The notes: generated from the sequence alone by a model not told the origin. DNA of 64,000 bases from Methanothrix sp. (GCA_037128175.1 JBAXWY010000011.1:1-64000), one strand, 5' to 3'; shown: positions 1-10,344, counted from the stretch's first letter. Made by a program: numbers and translations.

Positions 1-61
1 TACTATATATACTTTTGCATATTAATAATTGGGCAGGTTTATAGGAATCCTCTATGGAATA

Positions 62-875
62 ATGGATTGGAATGATAAGCTCGGAAAAATCCGGGCGAAA
101 ATAGCTGAGAAGGACAAGATCCTGGTGGCCTTTTCAGGAGGAGTAGACAGCAGCCTTCTGGCTAAGATTAGCCGGGATATTTTAGGAGAGAATGCATTCT
201 GCATCATCCTGGACTCGGAGACCCTGCCCAGGAGTGAGCTAAAGTATGCAGAAGAATTGGCAAGATCTCTTGGCTTAAAATATGAGGTCGTGAAATGTTC
301 GTCGCTGGCAGATGAAGAATTCCTGAAAAATCCACCTAATCGGTGCTATTACTGCAAAAGGTCATCCTTCAAGACGCTTAAATCCATGGCAGAAGAGAGG
401 GGAATAAACTGCATAGCTGACGGAATGAACCTTTCTGATTATGATGATTATAGGCCGGGTATCGCAGCCTGCGATGAAATGGGGATCTGGCATCCATTTG
501 TCGATGTTGGAATATCTAAGGAAGATATTCGAGAGATAGCCCGTAACATGGGGCTGTCTTTCTGGAACAAGCCCTCCTCTGCCTGCCTTTCCTCTAGAAT
601 ACCTTATGAGGAGAGGATTACTTGAGAATCTGAAGATAGTGGAACTGGCCGAGGATTTCCTGAAATGCCTCGGCTTCGGACAGCTCAGGGTGAGGGCTCA
701 TGGAAAACTGGCGAGGATTGAACTGCTAGGCAATGACATCGAAAGAGCTATGCATTGCAGGGAAGAGATCTCCAAAGAACTAAAGTCCATTGGATTCTTA
801 TATGTCGCATTGGACATGGAAGGGTTTAGAAGCAGTAGCATGAATGAGGTATTAGCGACGGCCGAAAGTGGATAA
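62..875 (+). pseudogene. larE: LarE-family PP-loop sulfur transferase split by a frameshift near 620 (pseudogene or sequencing error)
   Basis: AFSGGVDS PP-loop, RCYYCK, DYRPG and ACLSSRIPY in ORF 29..625; the LarE C-terminus (ENLKIVELAEDFL..QLRVRAHG..ARIEL..GFLYVALD) continues in the frame of ORF 606..875. Confidence 0.85.
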
Positions 876-878
876 TGA

Positions 879-1077
879 TCTTTCCTGCCACCTTGAGCCG
901 CCCTGTCTGGAGGAGCACCTGCAGAGCCCCAACAAGATCCCTTTTAGGAACTCTCGAGCTTTCGCCTTCGTGCGATGCCTTATCGCCTCCATGTATCAGC
1001 ACTCCCACCGGCTCAAGTCCCTCCTGCTGGAAGAGATCAATCACAGGCGCTCCCACTCCCGTCTGGTCCACCACGAA
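879..1077 (-). pseudogene. Fragment of a terminase large-subunit-like RNase H nuclease domain (virus remnant)
   Basis: VVDQTGVGAPVIDLF...VPKRDLVGALQVLLQTGRLKV resembles the D-x-TGVG nuclease region of terminases; no ATPase domain, truncated at both ends. Confidence 0.55.
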
Positions 1078-1167
1078 TATACCATCAAGACTTGAATGTC
1101 ATCGCAGAAATGTTATTGTTAACAGGATCAGATGATTGACTTCAAAGCAAAAATATACCTAAAAAAT

Positions 1168-1184
1168 TCACGCTGAGGGTGAGA
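1168..1184 (+). repeat. att-like direct repeat, left copy (TCACGCTGAGGGTGAGA)
   Basis: Identical 17-mer at 10353-10369, overlapping the tRNA-Ser 3' end. Confidence 0.85.
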
Positions 1185-1302
1185 CTTCAGCCTATTTTTA
1201 CCGGTAAAATGGCCATAATTTCGGCTTGCAAATTGAAGTCATCAACATGCCACGCGAGAGACCTTAGACAGGTTTTAAAGCTGAAACGATAGGTAAGATA
1301 TC

Positions 1303-3030
1303 ATGCGCAGCCTTGCTGATATCCGCCTGCTTCTTGATGAACTGAACTGCAAACCAGCCGACGAACTGGAGGACCAGGATCTTGACTTCAAGGAGTGGAA
1401 GGGCCGCAGCCAGAAGGATGCCCTGGAGCTGGTTGTTGAAACTGCGGTTTGCATGGCCAACGGTGGAGGTGGAACAGTCGTATTTGGAGTAAACGACAAA
1501 GCAATGAGTCGTAAGAGGGCCATTCCTGGCGTCCCTCTTGAGGTCGATGTCAACCGCTTGAAAAAAGCGGTATATGACTCCACTGACCCCAAAATCACCC
1601 CTGTCTTCGAAGAGCTGCTCGTGCCTGAGGGATCGGGCCGCTTGCTGGTCATGCAGATATATCCCGGCCTTCCGCCCTATACAGATACAAGCGGCAGAGG
1701 AAAGATACGAATTGGCAAGGACTGCCAGCCGCTAACTGGCACGCTCCGCAGGCGCATCATGGTGGAGACGGGCGAGACGGATTTTACTGCAACGGAAATT
1801 GCCGAAAAGCCTGCATCATGTCTATCCGCTTCGGCGATGGAACAGCTTCGAGAGGCCGCCCGCCGTGAAAAAGCCCCCGCTGAGCTCTTGCAGATGAGCG
1901 ACCTCGATCTCCTGGAAACTTTAGGCGTTATCCACAATAGAAAGCTCACGCTGGCCGGTCTCCTTTTGGCAGGAAAGGCGGAAAATATTCGCGAGCATTT
2001 GCCGGGCTACGGCTGGACTCATCTGCGCATGCGGGATGATACCCAGTATTCAGATCGAATGGATGGCCAGGAGGCCATTCCCTTGGCCATTGCCCGCGTG
2101 CTGGATCGCATTATGGCGAACAATCCCATAACCACCGTTGAACATGGCCCGTTTCATTTCGAATACCGCACTTACCCTGAGATAGCTCTTCGCGAAGCGA
2201 TCATGAATGCCTTCTGCCATGCGGACTTTCGCATGAGCAGTCCGATTCTTGTCAAGCAGTACCCCCGTAAGCTGGAAATCGGCAACCCCGGAGGATTCAT
2301 CGGAGGCATCTCCTCTGAAAATATCCTGCATCACCAGCCGGCCGCCAGGAATCTGCTTCTGGTCGATGCTCTAACTCGACTGCGTCTTGTCAACCGCAGC
2401 AACTTGGGCGTCTCTCGCATGTTCCAGGCCATGCTCATCGAGGGCAAAGAACCGCCCTTAATCCAGGAACAGGTTGATGCTGTGTTAGTCACCTTCCAGG
2501 GAGGAGAGCTATCGGTTCCATTCCGTGCATTTGTAGCGGAGGAGAGCCGACGCGGGAAGGGACTTCTTGTTGATCACTTGCTGATTTTGCAGTACCTTCT
2601 CCGCCACCCAGAGCTGGATACGGCATCTGCTTCACGTATCTGCCAACGATCTGAGGCAGACGCCAGGGAGATCTTGTGCGAGATGGAAATAAAGATGGAA
2701 TACCTGGAGAGAGGTGGGACTGGGCGGGGTACTTACTGGATGCTCAGGCCAGATCTGCATCGTCGATTGGTAGCAGATGGCAGCCCGGAAAGGGACCGCC
2801 GCATTGACTGGGAGGCGGCCAAAACAAGAGTGCTGAGCGTGCTAAAGCTTAGGGCAGAAAGAAAAGAAGCTGGATTATCGAATGCAGAGATCAGGAAGAT
2901 AACTCATCTAGACAGATATCAAGTAGTCCGTTTGATGCGAGAATTAATTTCAGAGGACCCGCTAATCGAACTTATTGGGAAAGGTCGCAAAGCGGCATAT
3001 GTCTATGTCAGCCAAAAGCAAAATGAATGA
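1303..3030 (+). CDS. Schlafen/AlbA_2 domain + RecG-C-like (HATPase_c_4) domain + winged-helix protein
   Basis: EDQDLDFKEW..VCMANGGGGTVVFGVND (AlbA_2); YPEIALREAIMNAFCHADF..IGNPGGF..GVSRMF; C-terminal HTH (LSNAEIRKITHLDRYQVVRLM). Confidence 0.8.
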   Translation: MRSLADIRLLLDELNCKPADELEDQDLDFKEWKGRSQKDALELVVETAVCMANGGGGTVVFGVNDKAMSRKRAIPGVPLEVDVNRLKKAVYDSTDPKITPVFEELLVPEGSGRLLVMQIYPGLPPYTDTSGRGKIRIGKDCQPLTGTLRRRIMVETGETDFTATEIAEKPASCLSASAMEQLREAARREKAPAELLQMSDLDLLETLGVIHNRKLTLAGLLLAGKAENIREHLPGYGWTHLRMRDDTQYSDRMDGQEAIPLAIARVLDRIMANNPITTVEHGPFHFEYRTYPEIALREAIMNAFCHADFRMSSPILVKQYPRKLEIGNPGGFIGGISSENILHHQPAARNLLLVDALTRLRLVNRSNLGVSRMFQAMLIEGKEPPLIQEQVDAVLVTFQGGELSVPFRAFVAEESRRGKGLLVDHLLILQYLLRHPELDTASASRICQRSEADAREILCEMEIKMEYLERGGTGRGTYWMLRPDLHRRLVADGSPERDRRIDWEAAKTRVLSVLKLRAERKEAGLSNAEIRKITHLDRYQVVRLMRELISEDPLIELIGKGRKAAYVYVSQKQNE

Positions 3031-3042
3031 TAAATGAGAGTT

Positions 3043-3089
3043 CACATTTAATATCACAATTATCCTACAAAAATGTGATATGAAATGTG
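3043..3089. promoter_or_regulatory. 18-bp imperfect inverted repeat (terminator or operator)
   Basis: cacatttaatatcacaat (3043-3060) pairs with aatgtgatatgaaatgtg (3072-3089), 16/18 matches, just after the 1303..3030 stop. Confidence 0.45.
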
Positions 3090-3136
3090 TTGTGCCTCAT
3101 TGTCTCACATAGAGCAAAGCATAGATACAATCTTCT

Positions 3137-3616
3137 TTGAGCAGCTTCGCAGTGGCCGTCCGGCACCTTTCTTACGAGCGTAGCTCTGAAACAGACGTTA
3201 TTCTGGTCCTGCAGGGAGGGAAAGCAAACCGGGATTTCGTGCGGCTGGTGGTGGAGGAGAACCAGGCAGGCCGGCCCTTCCGGCTGGATGATTTGCTCTT
3301 GCTTAACCAGTTATGGCGCGATGGCCATTTGGCTGTTTCAGAGGCCGCTTTTGTTCTCTGCTCACACCTACAAGAGACTGGGCCAGGAAGCTCGCATATG
3401 TGCGACAGCGAGGCTTTGAACCGGTTCAAGCAGAGCAGATGGTTGGCCAATGGGAAGATCACACGCAAGCAGGCAGCAGAGCTATGCAAGATCTCCTCAA
3501 CACAGGCATGCGATCTTCTGAGTCGGCTGGTGAAAAAAGGCATTCTGGAAATGCATGGCAGTAAGAAAGGAGACTATTACAAGGATGCATCCAAAAATAT
3601 GGATGAATCCAAATAG
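3137..3616 (+). pseudogene. Degraded C-terminal part of a second AlbA_2/RecG-C/wHTH-type gene
   Basis: FVRLVVEENQAGRPFRLDDLLLL parallels FRAFVAEESRRGKGLLVDHLLIL of the upstream gene; AYVRQRGFEPVQAEQMV lies in another frame; ends in the HTH GKITRKQAAELCKIS. Confidence 0.65.
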
Positions 3617-3921
3617 GATTTGGATGTATCCAAAAAAGGGACATATTTAGTGGATTATGGAATTCTTTTATCAACATCTTGTGTTTTTACCGAATTTTCA
3701 TCCCACTTACAAATGCCTTGGAATAGTTCTATGTCATTTTTAGAATTCTTCAGTAAAATGTAATAGAATAATGCAGGACTTCGTGTACAAGGGCTAAATG
3801 TATTCACTAACTTTAATTATTAATTCTATTATAATATGAATACAACCGCCAGCTTATTCATCCTGCCTTGAAATCCCGTAAGATGCAGGGGGAGACATTG
3901 CCCTGCATAGGTATGATTGAG

Positions 3922-5154
3922 ATGGCATCTTCCTTTACATGGCTTGATTACTCGGAAAAAGAACGGCAGAAGATGCTGGACATCTTGAGTGCCCTAAAAG
4001 AACACGAAACGAGAGACGTGCTGGGGATAGGTGTCATTAGGGATGCCTTCGCAGACATGTTCTTTCCTGGGACCAGTACTATCCAGACCAGAGCCAGGTA
4101 CTTTCTGTTTGTGCCGTGGATGTATAGAAGCATGGAGGAGAAAAAAGTCCTTTCGTCAAAGATAGAAAGGCGGGCAAGAGATGAAGAGGTCCGATTGATT
4201 CGCGCGCTCTTGGCCTCTGACGACACCGATGGCGTCATAGGAAAGGAGGCAAAAGAGAATCTACAACGTCTTCCCAGCAGCATCTACTGGCAGGGCCTTG
4301 AAGCCTGGGGTATCCGGCTCAGTCCCTACTCCATCTCCGATTACCACCGCACCCTAGATGCATTCTACAGATTTGGCAAGGATAGTTCGCACAGCTATGA
4401 AGAGGAGATTGATGGCTGCCAGCGGCGACGCAACTGGCACCCTGGCCTTCCACCGGCGCCTGATGACTTCCCAGGCAAAGCCTCTTTCAGCCTGACTTTT
4501 GAGGAGGCCTGCTATTTGAAGGAGAGAGTACTGACCAGATGGCCAAATACAATGCTTGCATACCTTCTGGACTCCGATATACCATCAGAATCTGTACGCT
4601 TCCCCTGGGAGCATCCCATTTGCTCTGATCTCCCAGAGTCGCTCCGTGAGAGAATTCACCATGCAAGAAACTTCTCAGAGGTCATCAATGGCGCGTCCCT
4701 TCTCTACAACCTCATGCTGGCGGAAAAGGCCAACATTTTAGATCTCCATGCAGATGACGACAAGGTAAGTTACTACGAATATGAGTTGGAGAAATGGGCC
4801 GATTACCTCCAGTCACGTATGGATGAACTTGATCGATGGGACTATAAAAGACGCTTCTGGGAGATCGTATCCCATCAAGGGACGAGGCCGACGGGGAGTA
4901 CGCAGCAGTTCATCAAAGAATGGCTCCAGATGGCTCTATCTCCCATACAGGCTCGGAAGATAGCAGAGAACGAATCCGCAAGGAAGCTTATTCACAAGAG
5001 GGAAAAGCAACTTAAAGGCAATCTCGCCAGACTTGACAATCCGGAAGCGCTTGCCAGGTGGAGTGGCGATGCAGGCACTGGAAGGCTCAGGTATAGATGG
5101 CGCCCTGCTGAGAAAATTATCTCAGATATATTCTCAGGCCTGAGGAGGTCATAA
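3922..5154 (+). CDS. DUF6361-like protein, first gene of a three-gene defence-type operon
   Basis: FTWLDYS..RDVLGIGVIRDAFADMFFPGTSTIQTRARYFLFVPW..LQRLPSSIYWQGL; stop overlaps the next start (TAATG); ATG at 3922 preferred. Confidence 0.7.
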   Translation: MASSFTWLDYSEKERQKMLDILSALKEHETRDVLGIGVIRDAFADMFFPGTSTIQTRARYFLFVPWMYRSMEEKKVLSSKIERRARDEEVRLIRALLASDDTDGVIGKEAKENLQRLPSSIYWQGLEAWGIRLSPYSISDYHRTLDAFYRFGKDSSHSYEEEIDGCQRRRNWHPGLPPAPDDFPGKASFSLTFEEACYLKERVLTRWPNTMLAYLLDSDIPSESVRFPWEHPICSDLPESLRERIHHARNFSEVINGASLLYNLMLAEKANILDLHADDDKVSYYEYELEKWADYLQSRMDELDRWDYKRRFWEIVSHQGTRPTGSTQQFIKEWLQMALSPIQARKIAENESARKLIHKREKQLKGNLARLDNPEALARWSGDAGTGRLRYRWRPAEKIISDIFSGLRRS

Positions 5155-7061
5155 TGCTCGATCCATATGATAGAAGACATCTTATGGAGATCCTCAGGCC
5201 ACCGGATGGATATTCCCTTGACTATGCCATAGGAACTACATTCTCACTTGATCTACTGGCACTTATGACGGCACCCCTTGCCTTCACTATCTTTGAGGCG
5301 GAGTGCGAATCCAGGACGCCCGACCCACTGGCTCTTCTTGAATCCCTCAGGAGATACGCGGGAAGAATCTGCATCTTATGCCATGCTGGTAGGATTCATA
5401 TTCCCAAAGAGGACGGCCAACCCCTCTACTCGTTCCTGGAAGGATCGGTTTTCCAGGCGCTGCCGCAGAGTGGAGAAGGTTCATTCCACCCAAAGGTCTG
5501 GACTTTGCGTTACACCTCAAGAGATAAGCCTGTAGCCTATCGTTTCCTCTGTTTAAGCAGAAATCTTACTTATGACAGATCATGGGACACAGTCCTGGTC
5601 TTCGATGGCATTCTGGCCGATAGGGAGAATGCCTTTTCCTCGAACCACCCAGTCGGTGAATTCATTGCAGCTCTTCCCGGATTGGTAGCGAAGGGTCTTC
5701 CGGAGGATGTGAAAAATAGGATAGAACAGATGCAATATGAGATTCGCAGGGTCGCCTTCGATCTGCCCCAGGGTTTCGAGAGCATGGCATTCCACCCCAT
5801 GGGAATTGATAACAAAAAAGCCAATCCCTTCTCGGGGAGAATAGACAAAATGCTCGTAGTCTCTCCTTTCCTTACGGAGGGCTGTCTTGATCGCCTCGCA
5901 TCCCTTGGAAAGGAATGTGCCCTGGTCTCACGACTTGATAGCCTGCAAAAGGTTTCAGTTGATTGCTTGAGGAGGTTCTCAGAGGTATTTTGCCTCAAAG
6001 AGGATGCTATTTCAGAGCAGGATGGATCTGATCCTGCAATTCCTGAGCAGGCGTTGACGCATATTGAAGACGACCAAGCCTTCCCTGAAGATAACCTCAA
6101 TGATCTGCATGCTAAACTTTACGTGGCTGATGCCGGAACCGAGGGCAGGATATGGACTGGCTCTGCCAATGCAACTGATGCAGCATTCAGCAAGAACGTA
6201 GAGTTTCTTGTGGAGCTGAGAGGAAAAAAGAAGTATTGCGGCATAGACGCGGTGTTGAATGGAGGCAAGGAAACTCAGGACGGAAAGTTGGCAGGTCTTA
6301 GAACTATTCTCGATGCCTTCAGCATTATTGATGGTCCCATTCCCAAAGATGAGAATGAGTCCCTAGAGCGTCTGGCAGAGTTGGCCAGGAGCGAGCTGGT
6401 GAAAGCAGGCCTATCAGCCCGCGTTTCCCAGGATGCTGATGAGCATTTTAGTATCTTCATAGAGGGCATGATCGCGTCCATCCCTGAAGAGGCCTTTATC
6501 ACGTGCAGGCCGATAACCCTGCAAAAGACGCGGGCCATTCCCATCTCGGCCGGACCTGGGGTGCATGCTGAGTTCAGACACATCTTGGATCGGGAGATAT
6601 CTGCCTTCTTTGCGTTTGATGTGACTGTGAGATCTAGCGGCAAGAGCCGGAAAGAGGGATTTGTTCTCAAGCTGCCTCTGGATGGAGCTCCTGCAGATAG
6701 AAATGAGCACATCCTCCGGGCTATGTTGAAGGACAAGAGCCAGGTGCTCAGACTGATGCTGCTTCTTCTTTCTCTTGAAAGAGGATCAAATCCGGCTGAT
6801 ATCATTAATGGGGAATCTGGCCTCGGGAAGTGGCGGCTGGGAGCCTCTGCCGGCATGGTGCCCCTCTTTGAGTGCATGGTAAGGGCAATGGCCGGGGGTC
6901 CGCAAAGGCTAGACGACCTCAACAACCTTATTCAGGACCTGAAGGGCCACTCTGAGACCAAGGATCTCCTTCCCGACGGGATCGATGAGATTTGGGGGCC
7001 AATTTGGGAAGCAAGGAAGATAATGGGAGGAAAAAGCCACGAAGCGACCGGATTGCGATGA
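5154..7061 (+). CDS. Phospholipase D-superfamily nuclease-like protein with two HxK motifs
   Basis: SFHPKVW..LSRNLT and LHAKLYVAD..WTGSANAT. Confidence 0.75.
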   Translation: MLDPYDRRHLMEILRPPDGYSLDYAIGTTFSLDLLALMTAPLAFTIFEAECESRTPDPLALLESLRRYAGRICILCHAGRIHIPKEDGQPLYSFLEGSVFQALPQSGEGSFHPKVWTLRYTSRDKPVAYRFLCLSRNLTYDRSWDTVLVFDGILADRENAFSSNHPVGEFIAALPGLVAKGLPEDVKNRIEQMQYEIRRVAFDLPQGFESMAFHPMGIDNKKANPFSGRIDKMLVVSPFLTEGCLDRLASLGKECALVSRLDSLQKVSVDCLRRFSEVFCLKEDAISEQDGSDPAIPEQALTHIEDDQAFPEDNLNDLHAKLYVADAGTEGRIWTGSANATDAAFSKNVEFLVELRGKKKYCGIDAVLNGGKETQDGKLAGLRTILDAFSIIDGPIPKDENESLERLAELARSELVKAGLSARVSQDADEHFSIFIEGMIASIPEEAFITCRPITLQKTRAIPISAGPGVHAEFRHILDREISAFFAFDVTVRSSGKSRKEGFVLKLPLDGAPADRNEHILRAMLKDKSQVLRLMLLLLSLERGSNPADIINGESGLGKWRLGASAGMVPLFECMVRAMAGGPQRLDDLNNLIQDLKGHSETKDLLPDGIDEIWGPIWEARKIMGGKSHEATGLR

Positions 7062-10000
7062 GATTCTCAAAAGCCTGAAGGATTTCCAAAAGGAAACGGT
7101 AGATTATGTCTTTCGTCGGCTCTATACTGATGATGACTGCACGAAGAGATTCCTGGTTGCCGATGAGGTAGGGCTTGGAAAGACCCTTGTAGCCCGCGGG
7201 GTCATAGCAAAGGCAATTGATCATCTCTGGAAGACAGTTCCCAGAATCGACATCATCTACATCTGCTCTAATTCAAACATCGCCCGCCAGAACATAACGA
7301 GGCTTAATGTTTTGGGAGATGAGCACGAACCACGGTCTTGTCGCATATCCCTGCTGCCGTCGGAGATCAAGGACCTCAAAATTCCAGATGATATGTCGAA
7401 GGATGAGAGCCAGGTCAACTTCATATCTCTCACACCTGGCACTTCCTTCGACATATCATCTGGAACTGGAATCGGGAATGAAAGGGCCCTACTGTATTTG
7501 ATGCTAAAAGACGAATGGAATCTCGATGATGGAATGTCGATGAATGTTTTCCGCGGGGGGATGGAGTTCATGAACTTCTGGAGGCTCGTTAGGGAGTACC
7601 CGAAGAGGCATAGCATCGACCCACATCTGAAGGCGTGTTTTCTGAGCATAGTGCAGGATAGTATGGATGAGGTAATCGGCAATTCCGGCATTAGCTTGAG
7701 AAATAGGGTATTGGAGCTTTCCAAAGTCTTCTCTGACCCTGCGCTTACCGCTGCCTGGAAGAAGGAGATTGAAAAAAAAAGCAATCGGTGCATATCAGAG
7801 CTACGTGCTCTGCTTGTGAGGTCATGTCTGAAGGCGCTCGAGCCGGACCTGATCATTTTGGACGAGTTCCAGAGATTCAAGCACCTCATGTACGGGGAGG
7901 AGGGCGAGGACGAGTCGGCACTGTCCGCCAGAGAGCTTGCCAGGGAACTCTTCTCCTATGCCGATGAAAACTCCGAGGCCAGGGTGCTACTGCTGTCTGC
8001 AACCCCTTACAAAATGTACACGACAGCGGATGAGGCAGGAGTCGAGGACCACTACCGAGACTTTCTAAAAACCTTCGAGTTCCTCGTCCAAAAGCCTGAT
8101 GCGGTGAGGAAGTGCGAGAGTACTATCAAAGAATACAGACAGGAGCTGTTTCGCATTGGTAATGGTGATGAGGCTCGGCCGGTGGATCTGAAGAAGGCTC
8201 TTGAGGCTCAGCTTCGTGGGGTTATGGTAAGGACCGAGAGGCTCGCAGCTTCGGAGGACCGAAATGGAATGCTTATGGAGGTTCACGATGGATCGGCCAA
8301 GCTTAAGCCGGGGGACCTGATAGCATACTGTGGCCTCCAGAATGTAGCCGAATGCCTGAGCAGCCGCGATTCCCTTGAGTACTGGAAATCCTCGCCATAT
8401 CCTCTAAACTTCATGGATAAGTACGAACTGAAGAATGCCTTTGAGAAAGCCTGTTCATATAATGATCGAGAGATTTGCGGCCACTTGTCGGAAGCAGAAG
8501 GACTGCTGCTTCCCTGGGATGATATCGAAGCCTATCGGGAGATAGATCCTGGGAATGCAAGGCTTCGGAGCCTTTTTTCGGGAACCATCGGTGCTAATGC
8601 CTGGAAGCTCCTGTGGCTTCCTCCATCTCTGCCATATTACGAACTGGGATGGCCTTTTGCAGATCCGGAGCTCAGGAAGTTCACAAAGAGATTGGTGTTC
8701 TCCTCATGGAGAATGGTCCCAAGGATGATTGCAAGCCTGACGAGCTATGAAGTCGAGAGAAATATGATTGGTCTCTTTGACACCTCGATTCGAAATACCC
8801 AGGATTCGAGGAAGAGGCTCAGGCCTCTGCTTAAGTTCGCTAGGAGTGATAAAGATGGAAGACTCACAGGATTGCCGATTCTGGGGATCATATACCCAAG
8901 CATAACGCTTGCCAAGGCATGCGATCCACTGAGGATGGCCTCTATGCAATTGCCTTCTGTTGCTGATTTAATTCAGAGAGCACAAATTGAGATTGAGAGA
9001 CTTCTACTGCCTATTGTGGGATCTTCTCCAGAATACGGACCTGAAGATGAGGACTGGTATTGGGCAGGGCCAATACTCCTGGATCTGTATTATCATAGGG
9101 GAAACGCTGAAAGGTTCTTACACAGTAAGGGGCTAGCTGATGTCTGGGGCGGCGAAGAGATCGAGGATGAAAGCGATGACGGTCCATCCCTTTGGAAAGA
9201 GGTAGTCGCAGAGGTCACAGCACTGGTCGATGGAAAGATACGGCTGAAGAGGCCACCGAGGGATCTTTCCCTCGTCCTTGCGAAGATGGCAATAGCAGGA
9301 CCTGGAACAACATGCTTAAGGGCTCTAGCCAGGGTTACGGGCGGACTGTCTACGGACGGTAAATGGGAACCCCTTGATGAGATAAGCATGAGTGCTATGC
9401 GAATGTCTCGACCTTTTATCCGTCTCTTCAACCTGCCCACATCCAATGCCTTACTGCGCGGCCTTTATGCATTGGATTCTCAAGGCGCTCCTGCCTACTG
9501 GCGACAAGTTCTGGATTATTGCCTCGATGGTGGGCTTCAAGCTGTTCTGGATGAGTATGTCCACTTCCTGAAAGAGTCAGAGGGGCTCTTTGGTTATGAA
9601 AGGGGTAAGGCCGCATGCAGGATCTCGGAGGCAGTAGCAGAGGCCTTGAGCCTGAGGACTGCGAGCCTTGATGTTGACAAGATAGACCTTGACGAGAGTT
9701 GCAGATCCATATCAAGGTCGATGAAGAAGATGAGGACTAATTTTGCAGTAATGCTATCAGATAAGAAGAGCGATGAGGGCCAGTCTGAGAACAGGATATC
9801 TCAGGTTAGGAAGGCCTTTAATTCCCCCTTCTGGCCTTTCGTCCTGGCAACCACGTCAATTGGTCAGGAAGGGCTGGACTTTCATGCCTACTGTCATGCA
9901 GTTGTTCACTGGAATCTGCCGTCCAATCCCGTAGACCTTGAGCAACGCGAAGGGAGGATTCACAGATTTAAAGGCCATGCCATACGAAAAAATCTGGCCG

Positions 10001-10344
10001 CAAGGTACGGGCTTTCAGAGATCGGGCCAAATGATGCCGATCCATGGGAGGCACTTTTCAAGGCAGGAAAAAGAGATCGGAAGGACGGATCGGGCGATCT
10101 GGTCCCGTTCTGGATATACCCTCTCGAAGGTGGGGCCAAGATCGAGAGGCACGTTCCAGCATTGCCTTTAAGCCGGGACAGGGAGCGAATGGAGCAGCTG
10201 CAAAAATCCCTGGTCGTCTACAGGATGGTATTCGGGCAATCCAGGCAGGAGGATCTGGCGGCATTCCTGATGAGCCGTTTGGATAAAGTGGACATGGATA
10301 AACTGAGGATAGATTTGAGCCCGCCGCACGATATAAAACAATAA
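7039..10344 (+). CDS. SF2 (SNF2-like) helicase; apparent true start is ACG at 7039, 91 codons upstream of the ORF-track start
   Basis: Walker A ADEVGLGKT lies in frame upstream of 7312; LDEFQ, LSATP, ATTSIGQEGLDF and EQREGRIHR; GGAGG lies 8 nt before the ACG. Confidence 0.8.
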   Translation, partial: TKRPDCDEILKSLKDFQKETVDYVFRRLYTDDDCTKRFLVADEVGLGKTLVARGVIAKAIDHLWKTVPRIDIIYICSNSNIARQNITRLNVLGDEHEPRSCRISLLPSEIKDLKIPDDMSKDESQVNFISLTPGTSFDISSGTGIGNERALLYLMLKDEWNLDDGMSMNVFRGGMEFMNFWRLVREYPKRHSIDPHLKACFLSIVQDSMDEVIGNSGISLRNRVLELSKVFSDPALTAAWKKEIEKKSNRCISELRALLVRSCLKALEPDLIILDEFQRFKHLMYGEEGEDESALSARELARELFSYADENSEARVLLLSATPYKMYTTADEAGVEDHYRDFLKTFEFLVQKPDAVRKCESTIKEYRQELFRIGNGDEARPVDLKKALEAQLRGVMVRTERLAASEDRNGMLMEVHDGSAKLKPGDLIAYCGLQNVAECLSSRDSLEYWKSSPYPLNFMDKYELKNAFEKACSYNDREICGHLSEAEGLLLPWDDIEAYREIDPGNARLRSLFSGTIGANAWKLLWLPPSLPYYELGWPFADPELRKFTKRLVFSSWRMVPRMIASLTSYEVERNMIGLFDTSIRNTQDSRKRLRPLLKFARSDKDGRLTGLPILGIIYPSITLAKACDPLRMASMQLPSVADLIQRAQIEIERLLLPIVGSSPEYGPEDEDWYWAGPILLDLYYHRGNAERFLHSKGLADVWGGEEIEDESDDGPSLWKEVVAEVTALVDGKIRLKRPPRDLSLVLAKMAIAGPGTTCLRALARVTGGLSTDGKWEPLDEISMSAMRMSRPFIRLFNLPTSNALLRGLYALDSQGAPAYWRQVLDYCLDGGLQAVLDEYVHFLKESEGLFGYERGKAACRISEAVAEALSLRTASLDVDKIDLDESCRSISRSMKKMRTNFAVMLSDKKSDEGQSENRISQVRKAFNSPFWPFVLATTSIGQEGLDFHAYCHAVVHWNLPSNPVDLEQREGRIHRFKGHAIRKNLAARYGLSEIGPNDADPWEALFKAGKRDRKDGSGDLVPFWIYPLEGGAKIERHVPALPLSRDRERMEQLQKSLVVYRMVFGQSRQEDLAAFLMSRLDKVDMDKLRIDLSPPHDIKQ

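Noticed and set aside
620-630. Selenocysteine or other readthrough of the larE TGA
   Set aside because: The continuation is in a different frame, so readthrough would not restore the protein
7772-7780. A9 tract as a phase-variation switch in the helicase
   Set aside because: Currently in frame, encodes EKKS, and there is no evidence of length variation from one sequence
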